This document shows positions 57,319-64,000 of a DNA stretch of 64,000 nucleotides, one piece after another. The notes under the pieces were generated by a model. The model worked only from the letters and a program-made list of their open reading frames with translations. It searched no databases and was not told the DNA's origin. Source of the stretch: an uncultured virus (IMG/VR IMGVR_UViG_3300024343_000006) (lineage: Duplodnaviria; Heunggongvirae; Uroviricota; Caudoviricetes); IMG/VR virus record IMGVR_UViG_3300024343_000006; one strand, given 5' to 3'. Numbering within the stretch: the first letter of the stretch is position 1; every line of letters begins with the position of its first letter. The translations under genes and the position numbers were made by a program.

Positions 57319-57753
57319 ATGGAAAATCTACCACAGGAAAGAATAGCCAAATTGGAAGCACAAGTTGAAGGTATTAAGAGTGATGTTGCTGATGTAAAGC
57401 AAGACATCAAAGAACTACACTCACGTGTTACAACAGTAACTAGAGAGATAACAGATCACGTTGATACTAAGTTCGATAATCTAATTGCACGCTCTAATAC
57501 ACATGAAATTAAGGATGTAAAAATTGAGCAAAAACTAGATGCAATGATTGTCTGCATTGAGTCGATCAAAGCTGGAGTTGCCGAAGTGCATGAATGTTTA
57601 GATCGCACTGGCACCAGTCTAGATGACAAGTTAGAAAAGTTAAAAGAACGCATAGGGATACTTGAGAAATGGCGTTACATGATTGTGGGTGGCGCAATTG
57701 CACTTGGTTATCTAGTAGGTCATCTGGATTTCTTTGCAAAATTCCTGAACTAA
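57319..57753 (+). CDS. Coiled-coil protein with C-terminal TM helix
   Basis: Heptad repeats; LEKWRYMIVGGAIALGYLV. Confidence 0.65.
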   Translation: MENLPQERIAKLEAQVEGIKSDVADVKQDIKELHSRVTTVTREITDHVDTKFDNLIARSNTHEIKDVKIEQKLDAMIVCIESIKAGVAEVHECLDRTGTSLDDKLEKLKERIGILEKWRYMIVGGAIALGYLVGHLDFFAKFLN

Positions 57754-57756
57754 TAT

Positions 57757-57785
57757 TTGCTTTGCAAGAGCATATGGGGTATAAT
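57757..57785 (+). promoter_or_regulatory. Sigma70-like promoter for primase (near-leaderless mRNA)
   Basis: TTGCTT-17bp-TATAAT; ATG 8 nt after the -10. Confidence 0.7.
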
Positions 57786-57793
57786 TACTCTAT

Positions 57794-58825
57794 ATGCTCT
57801 ATATTGACAACAAATATGCACAAATCCTTGGCGGTCGTCTAAGGAACTTCACAAAGAAGAAAGACTATCTCTGGAACTTTTCATGTCCAGTGTGCGGAGA
57901 TAGTTCAACCAACAAACTAAAAGCACGTGGTTACATCTTTCGTGCCAAAGCAGATCTTTTCGTAAAATGTCACAACTGTGGTTACAGTACCAATCTCGGT
58001 AACTTAATCAAGTATGTCGATACTAAGTTATATGATGAATATGTTCTTGAACGCTACAAAGGTGGCGCAACAAGATACAATGATCACAAAGACATTGCTG
58101 ATACCAGTGTCACTCTAGAAACTCCCACAGAAGATTTACTCGAAGATGATATCTTATCATCTCTCTCAAGAATTGATAAACTACCACTGACACACCCAGC
58201 AGTTAAGTATGTTATCGAACGAAAGATTCCACGTGAAAACTGGAGTCTTTTGTACTTTGCTCCGAAGTTTAAAGCATTCACCAATTCAGTGACTGCTAAA
58301 TTCCAAGAGCCAATTAAGGATGAACATCCTCGTATGATCATTCCTTTCTTTACACCAGCAGGTAAGTGTTTTGCTTTTCAAGGCAGAGCATACGGTAAAG
58401 AAGAACCTAAGTATTATACCATTAAGGTTGATGAAACACAGGAGAAAATTTATGGACTCGATCGCTTGGATTATAGCAAACGCATTTACGTGGTCGAAGG
58501 ACCAATTGACTCGCTTTTCATACCGAATTGTGTGGCTGTGTCAGGAAGCAGTTTTGATACCCCTACTATCAGGCAGTTACTTACTAATGCAACTTTAATA
58601 ATGGATAATGAGCCAAGAAGTAAAGAGATTGTAAAACTTCTTGACAAAAATATAAAGGCAGGTTATTCTGTTTGTATGTTTCCAGAACATATCCAACAAA
58701 AAGATATAAATGATATATTTTTACATAGCGGAATGACCATAGATGAGATTTTAGAGACGATAAATACAAATACCTTCACAGGTATTGAAGCGAGTCTTAA
58801 ATTTAGTACATGGAAAAAAATATGA
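57794..58825 (+). CDS. gp61: DNA primase
   Basis: CPVCGDS..CHNC zinc finger, FQGR, VVEGPIDSLF, DNEPR. Confidence 0.96.
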   Translation: MLYIDNKYAQILGGRLRNFTKKKDYLWNFSCPVCGDSSTNKLKARGYIFRAKADLFVKCHNCGYSTNLGNLIKYVDTKLYDEYVLERYKGGATRYNDHKDIADTSVTLETPTEDLLEDDILSSLSRIDKLPLTHPAVKYVIERKIPRENWSLLYFAPKFKAFTNSVTAKFQEPIKDEHPRMIIPFFTPAGKCFAFQGRAYGKEEPKYYTIKVDETQEKIYGLDRLDYSKRIYVVEGPIDSLFIPNCVAVSGSSFDTPTIRQLLTNATLIMDNEPRSKEIVKLLDKNIKAGYSVCMFPEHIQQKDINDIFLHSGMTIDEILETINTNTFTGIEASLKFSTWKKI

Positions 58826-59490
58826 ATGTTAGAATGATTAGTTATAGTAAACCCTCTCGAGAGATGTATGATGAGGGTTTGTTAGATGTACAGGAGTTGG
58901 TTGCGTTCTGTGCACGTGTGAGCAATCCAAGTAACCAATTCAACACAGAGACATCAGAGAAGTTAATTAAGTATTTAATTAAACATCAACACTGGTCACC
59001 ACTAGAGATGGTTAGTGCATGTTTAGAAATTGAAACTACTCGTGATATAGCAAGACAAATGCTACGTCATCGATCTTTCTCTTTCCAAGAATTTAGCCAA
59101 CGATATGCAGATCCAACCAAAGACTTATCTTTCGTTCTTAGAGAAGCCCGACTCCAAGATACGAAGAATCGTCAAAATAGCGTTGAGAATAATAATCTAG
59201 CATTGGCTGCATGGTGGGAAGAAAGGCAGAAGCGAGTTATTGAAGAAGCAAGAAATGCTTATGACTGGGCAATTACCAACGGTATTGCCAAAGAACAAGC
59301 AAGAGCAGTACTACCAGAAGGACTGACTGTTTCTCGTTTGTACATGAATGGTACGTTGCGTAGCTGGATTCATTTTATCGAACTCCGATCTGCAAATGGT
59401 ACACAAAAAGAACACCAAGAAGTCGCACGTGAGTGCGCAAAGGTAATTGCTGAGGTATTTCCTCTAGCAAATGAATTAGTAAAACTATAA
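58822..59490 (+). CDS. thyX: Flavin-dependent thymidylate synthase
   Basis: RHRSFSFQEFSQRY, KEQARAVLP, NGTQKEH. Confidence 0.95.
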   Translation: MNVRMISYSKPSREMYDEGLLDVQELVAFCARVSNPSNQFNTETSEKLIKYLIKHQHWSPLEMVSACLEIETTRDIARQMLRHRSFSFQEFSQRYADPTKDLSFVLREARLQDTKNRQNSVENNNLALAAWWEERQKRVIEEARNAYDWAITNGIAKEQARAVLPEGLTVSRLYMNGTLRSWIHFIELRSANGTQKEHQEVARECAKVIAEVFPLANELVKL

Positions 59491-59508
59491 AGAATAACAG
59501 GGCAAGAT

Positions 59509-61302
59509 ATGGAAATTGTGCATGGCATAAAGGTTGACTACAACCGAGATAGTTTGTTTGACGAGTTGGGTAGAATTAGATTAAAAGAAAGTTACATGAA
59601 GGATGATGAGGTAAGTCCACAAGAGAGATTTGCTTTTGTCAGTAAAACATTTGGGAGCAATGAAGAACATGCGCAGAGATTATACGACTACAGTAGCAAT
59701 CATTGGCTCAGTTATTCTACTCCCATTCTTTCTTTTGGTCGCAGTAAGCGTGGTCTGCCTATATCATGTTTCCTTAATTATATTGAAGATACAGCGGAGG
59801 GTCTAGTTGATAATCTATCTGAAACAAATTGGCTTAGTATGTTGGGCGGTGGTGTTGGGATTGGCTTTGGTATTCGTTCGGCTGACGATAAAAGTACTGG
59901 CGTTATGCCTCACCTCAAAATGTATGACGCATCTAGTTTGGCATACCGTCAGGGTCGCACCCGTCGTGGCAGTTATGCTGCTTACTTATCTATTGACCAT
60001 CCAGATATCATCAGTTTTTTAGAGATGCGCAAGCCTACAGGCGACCAAAACATGCGTACTCTAAACATGCACCATGGGATTAATATCCCAGATGCATTCA
60101 TGGAAATCGTTGAAAAGTCAATGCTTGATTCTGATTTTGATGATTCTTGGAAATTGGTTGATCCAGCGTCAAATGAAGTTCGTGAAACAGTTTCTGCAAA
60201 AGAACTTTGGCAACGCATTCTTGAAATGCGTATGATGACTGGTGAACCATATCTACACTTCATTGATGAGTCTAATCGTAAGATGCCTCAACACTTGAAA
60301 GATCTTGGATTAAAAATCAACCAGTCCAATCTCTGTTCGGAAATTATTCTTCCAACTAATGAGAAGCGAACAGCTGTTTGTTGTTTGTCATCATTGAATT
60401 TGGAATACTATGATGAATGGAAAGATCATCCTTTATTCTTAAAAGATGTAGCTGAGATGCTTGATAATGTTCTTCAATATTTTATTGACCATGCACCATC
60501 TTCTATTAAACGTGCTAAGTATTCTGCACAGCGTGAACGCAGCATTGGTATTGGTGCATTAGGTTGGCATGCTTATCTTCAAAAGAATAATTTGCCATGG
60601 GAATCTCCGATGTCTGTTGGTAGAAACAAACAGATTTTCAAAACAATTAGGGAGAAATTAAATGAAGCGAATATTGAATTGGGTAAAGAGCGTGGAGAAG
60701 CACCAGATTGTGTGGGCACTGGATATAGGTTTAGTCATCTTATGGCTATTGCTCCCAATGCTTCTTCTTCCATTCTTATGGGGAATACTAGTCCTAGCAT
60801 TGAACCTTATCGTGCCAATGCGTATCGACAAGATACTCTCTCAGGTTCTCACTTAAACAAGAATCGTTACCTTGATGTGGTTATTCAGAATGAATCAAAA
60901 ACTCATAAAGAAGGTTGGGCAGACGAAGTATGGTCTAGTATCATTGCGAATGATGGTTCAGTTCAGCACCTCGATTGGATGGAAGACTGGACAAAAGATG
61001 TTTTCAAGACTTCTATGGAAATCGACCAGCGTTGGGTCGTTCAACATGCGTCCGACAGACAAGAATATATTGACCAAGCACAATCGTTGAATGTGTTCTT
61101 TAGACCAGACAGTCATATCAAATACATCCATGCTGTGCATTTCCAAGCATGGAAACAAGGATTAAAGACTATGTACTACTGTCGCAGTGATAAGATCGCC
61201 AAAGCAGATAAAGTATCTAAGCGTATCGAACGTGAGGTTATCAAAGAGATTGATCTTCATGCACTAACAGAAGGTAATGATTGTCTGGCATGTGAGGGTT
61301 AA
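59509..61302 (+). CDS. nrdA: Ribonucleotide reductase class I alpha, short (no evident ATP cone)
   Basis: PISCF, QSNLCSEI, AIAPNASSS, KTMYYCRS, C-term CLACEG. Confidence 0.96.
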   Translation: MEIVHGIKVDYNRDSLFDELGRIRLKESYMKDDEVSPQERFAFVSKTFGSNEEHAQRLYDYSSNHWLSYSTPILSFGRSKRGLPISCFLNYIEDTAEGLVDNLSETNWLSMLGGGVGIGFGIRSADDKSTGVMPHLKMYDASSLAYRQGRTRRGSYAAYLSIDHPDIISFLEMRKPTGDQNMRTLNMHHGINIPDAFMEIVEKSMLDSDFDDSWKLVDPASNEVRETVSAKELWQRILEMRMMTGEPYLHFIDESNRKMPQHLKDLGLKINQSNLCSEIILPTNEKRTAVCCLSSLNLEYYDEWKDHPLFLKDVAEMLDNVLQYFIDHAPSSIKRAKYSAQRERSIGIGALGWHAYLQKNNLPWESPMSVGRNKQIFKTIREKLNEANIELGKERGEAPDCVGTGYRFSHLMAIAPNASSSILMGNTSPSIEPYRANAYRQDTLSGSHLNKNRYLDVVIQNESKTHKEGWADEVWSSIIANDGSVQHLDWMEDWTKDVFKTSMEIDQRWVVQHASDRQEYIDQAQSLNVFFRPDSHIKYIHAVHFQAWKQGLKTMYYCRSDKIAKADKVSKRIEREVIKEIDLHALTEGNDCLACEG

Positions 61303-61304
61303 TA

Positions 61305-61844
61305 ATGTTAGAAGGTATAAATCAGTGGGACTCTTTCTTCACAAAAGAAGAATATGATAATGTTGACAAAGAACTATTAAATCATGAGTGGGTTTTTGGT
61401 GCCAGTCCCAATAATAATTTACTTGAAGGTAATAAGGTAAGACAATTCTGGTATAAAGACTTGATGGAGTCTGAATATATTAAAGAGTTGTTTAGATTCA
61501 GAACAGAAGATTATCTAAATGCAAAAGTAGAGACAATGCGTCTCTACGCAAATGGACAATCACATGGAATGGCAGGACATATACATGAGGATGTTCCACC
61601 AGATGAACCTGGAATTTGTGGTAGTATAGTATATTTCTTTCAGGCTGACTGGAAACCAGAATATGGTGGGCATTTAATCTTCTTGTCACCAGAAGATCCA
61701 AACAGAGTGATGTTGTCAGTATTCCCGAGATCAAACTCCGCAGTTATATTCAACTCAAAGTTATCTCACATGGCATTCGATCCATCAGTATACTGTACAA
61801 ATCAAAGAATAAGCATAGCATATAAATTTAGGGTAAAAGAATGA
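61305..61844 (+). CDS. 2OG-Fe(II) oxygenase between nrdA and nrdB
   Basis: IHED, WKPEYGG, LSHMA, RISIAYK. Confidence 0.8.
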   Translation: MLEGINQWDSFFTKEEYDNVDKELLNHEWVFGASPNNNLLEGNKVRQFWYKDLMESEYIKELFRFRTEDYLNAKVETMRLYANGQSHGMAGHIHEDVPPDEPGICGSIVYFFQADWKPEYGGHLIFLSPEDPNRVMLSVFPRSNSAVIFNSKLSHMAFDPSVYCTNQRISIAYKFRVKE

Positions 61845-62833
61845 TAGCAAAAACAAAATCAAATCTAACAGATCAACGAACATATTTCAAACCATTTAAT
61901 TATCCATGGGCTTATGACGCATGGTTAAAACATGAACAAAGTCATTGGCTTCATACAGAAGTTCCAATGGCTGAAGACGTTAAAGATTGGAAGAAAAAAC
62001 TAACTAATGAAGAAAAACACTTCCTCACAAATATCTTTCGATTCTTTACACAGGGTGATATCGACGTGGCTGGTGGCTATGTTAACAATTATCTACCTTA
62101 CTTCCCTCAGCCTGAGATTCGTATGATGCTTATGGGGTTTGCTGCACGTGAAGCACTTCACATTGCTGCTTACTCACATCTGATTGAAACTCTCGGCATG
62201 CCTGAATCCACTTACAATGAATTTCTTGAATATCAAGAGATGCGTGACAAGCATGATTACGTTACAGAATTAAGTTCCAAGAATGGAACACTCTCTTCAA
62301 CTGCAACCCACATTGCCGTGTTCAGTGCTTTCACTGAAGGGATGCAGTTGTTCTCTTCGTTCATCATGCTTCTTAACTTTCCTCGTCATGGTATGATGAA
62401 GGGAATGGGACAAATCGTTACTTGGTCTATCGTTGATGAAACAATGCACTCCGAGAATATGATTCGTCTGTTCAAAGAGTTTATTAAAGAAAATAATGAA
62501 ATCTGGAATGATGAACTAAAAGGAAAGATTTATACCATTGCTGAGAAGATGGTTGAACTTGAAGATAAATTCATCGATCTCTGTTATGCCAATGGTGATA
62601 TGCGTGAACTTTCTGCAGCTGATGTCAAACAATATATTCGTTATATTGCTGATCGTAGATTGATCAGTCTCGGCATGAAAGGTATCTACAAAGTCAAACG
62701 CAATCCATTACCATGGGTTGAAGAAATGATCAATGCGCCAGTGCATGGTAACTTCTTTGAGAATCGTGTGACAGATTATGCTAAAGGTGCTTTGTCTGGT
62801 AGCTGGAATGATGTATGGGGGAAAGCAGCATGA
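61841..62833 (+). CDS. nrdB: Ribonucleotide reductase class I beta
   Basis: FFTQGDIDV, EALHIAAY, EGMQLFSSF, DETMH, NFFENR. Confidence 0.97.
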   Translation: MIAKTKSNLTDQRTYFKPFNYPWAYDAWLKHEQSHWLHTEVPMAEDVKDWKKKLTNEEKHFLTNIFRFFTQGDIDVAGGYVNNYLPYFPQPEIRMMLMGFAAREALHIAAYSHLIETLGMPESTYNEFLEYQEMRDKHDYVTELSSKNGTLSSTATHIAVFSAFTEGMQLFSSFIMLLNFPRHGMMKGMGQIVTWSIVDETMHSENMIRLFKEFIKENNEIWNDELKGKIYTIAEKMVELEDKFIDLCYANGDMRELSAADVKQYIRYIADRRLISLGMKGIYKVKRNPLPWVEEMINAPVHGNFFENRVTDYAKGALSGSWNDVWGKAA

Positions 62834-62979
62834 TAGTAAAACAATTTAATTGCAATCATTGCGATGCAGAAGGAAAGATAACAATAAAGGGTGATGACTT
62901 TAATTTCGAAGATATCGTTCATTGCCCACTATGTGGTTCTGACATTTATGAAGAAGAAGGGTTAGACGAGGATGAATAA
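62830..62979 (+). CDS. Small zinc-ribbon protein (49 aa, not in ORF track)
   Basis: CNHC...CPLCG with acidic tail; ATGA overlap with nrdB. Confidence 0.7.
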   Translation: MIVKQFNCNHCDAEGKITIKGDDFNFEDIVHCPLCGSDIYEEEGLDEDE

Positions 62980-62988
62980 ATATGTCTT

Positions 62989-63411
62989 ATGTGGACATAT
63001 CAAAATATCATTGTTGAAGAATTACCCGAATGTGTTGGCTTTGTTTATTTAATTACGAACAAAGCCAACAGTCGTATGTATGTGGGGAAGAAACTATCAA
63101 AGTTTTCTAAAACATCCTACAAAATGGTCACATTAAAAAATGGGACTAAGAAACGAAAGAAAATCAAATCTAAGATAGATTCTGATTGGTTAGATTATTA
63201 TGGTTCCAGCGAAGAACTAAATAAAGATATACAGTCTCTGGGTAAGGAATCCTTTACTCGAGAGATTTTATTCTTTTGTAAATCAAAGGCTGAGTGTTCT
63301 TATATCGAGGCACGAGAGCAATTTGCAAGGAAAGTACTAGAGTCCGATGCATACTATAATGGACAGATATCTGTTCGAGTGCATGGATCTCATATAAAAA
63401 ATAAACTATGA
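62989..63411 (+). CDS. GIY-YIG-like nuclease domain protein
   Basis: GFVYLITN..NSRMYVGKK, YYGSS, FTREIL, YYNGQI. Confidence 0.75.
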   Translation: MWTYQNIIVEELPECVGFVYLITNKANSRMYVGKKLSKFSKTSYKMVTLKNGTKKRKKIKSKIDSDWLDYYGSSEELNKDIQSLGKESFTREILFFCKSKAECSYIEAREQFARKVLESDAYYNGQISVRVHGSHIKNKL

Positions 63412-64000
63412 CATATCTACTATTCGCAGTAGCATTATCCCTTTCAGCTGTTGCAGCATGGTACGCCATTGCTGGACTTTGCGCAATTTTTGCTGCAGCA
63501 GTGATACCGATTGCCATTATGGGTTCTCTGTTAGAAGCAGCAAAACTTGTAGTTGCATCATGGCTTTATAGAAACTGGAATGAAATTCCAAAACTTATGA
63601 AGTCATATTTCACAGTATCATTAGTAATTTTGATGTTGTTAACTTCTATGGGTATCTTTGGTTTCTTATCAAAAGCCCACTTAGATCAAGCAATACCAAC
63701 AGGTGATGTTCAATCAAAGTTAGCTCTCATAGATGAAAAGATAAAAACCGAAAAGGAGAATATCAATGCAAGCCGTAAAGAACTTACTCAACTCGATGCT
63801 CAAGTGGATCAAACCCTCAGCAGAACAACCGAAGCCAGTGGAGCCGATCGTTCCATCTCCATCCGCAGAGGACAGCAAAAAGACAGAGCCAGAATCCTTA
63901 CCGAAATCGGTGCAGCGCAAACCAAGATCGCCAAGTACAACGAAGAACGTGCCCCGATCGCCAGCGAAGTCCGTAAAGTCGAAGCCGAAGTCGGTCCAAT
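63408..64000 (+). CDS. Membrane-anchored coiled-coil protein (3' truncated by window)
   Basis: MTYLLFAVALSLSAVAAWYAIAGL...LEAAKLVVASWLYRNW...TSMGIFGFLSKAH; frame open to the window end. Confidence 0.75.
   Translation, partial: MTYLLFAVALSLSAVAAWYAIAGLCAIFAAAVIPIAIMGSLLEAAKLVVASWLYRNWNEIPKLMKSYFTVSLVILMLLTSMGIFGFLSKAHLDQAIPTGDVQSKLALIDEKIKTEKENINASRKELTQLDAQVDQTLSRTTEASGADRSISIRRGQQKDRARILTEIGAAQTKIAKYNEERAPIASEVRKVEAEVGP

Noticed and set aside
62989..63411. Mobile homing endonuclease
   Set aside because: Only 140 aa with no evident C-terminal DNA-binding domain and not inside an intron; kept as a GIY-YIG-like CDS.

Overview
A 64-kb segment of a large T4-like myovirus, with essentially all genes on the + strand and read in the standard code. 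A spanin pair implies a Gram-negative host. Gene order: head/tail core (gp17 partial, 18, 19, 20, 21, 22, 23, 3), uvsY/uvsW/gp55/gp47/gp46, an early island (CobT/CobS-like pair, small ORFs), replication genes (gp45, 44, 62, regA, ligase, gp43, uvsX, gp41, gp61), then thyX and nrdAB. Best candidate for a new system is a contiguous DNA-modification operon after gp41 (41593-46281). It encodes a TET/JBP-type 2OG-Fe(II) dioxygenase, a class II glutamine amidotransferase, a GNAT acetyltransferase, an amino acid:DNA transferase-like protein and a 5-hmdU-kinase-like P-loop protein. Because the phage makes ordinary dTMP (ThyX), this suggests fully post-replicative thymine hypermodification. Other notable items: a late cluster of very His-rich proteins with capsid-targeting-like N-termini and many prohead-protease-like sites (ligase-fold protein, two nucleotidyltransferase paralogs, Dps); a -1 frameshift at a T TTA AAG heptamer; a ROSE-like thermometer before the hsp20 operon; IHF-box/palindrome cassettes at early promoters; an antisense promoter; and a CTAG-rich repeat patch. 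Family calls come from reading motifs by eye; no database searches were run.
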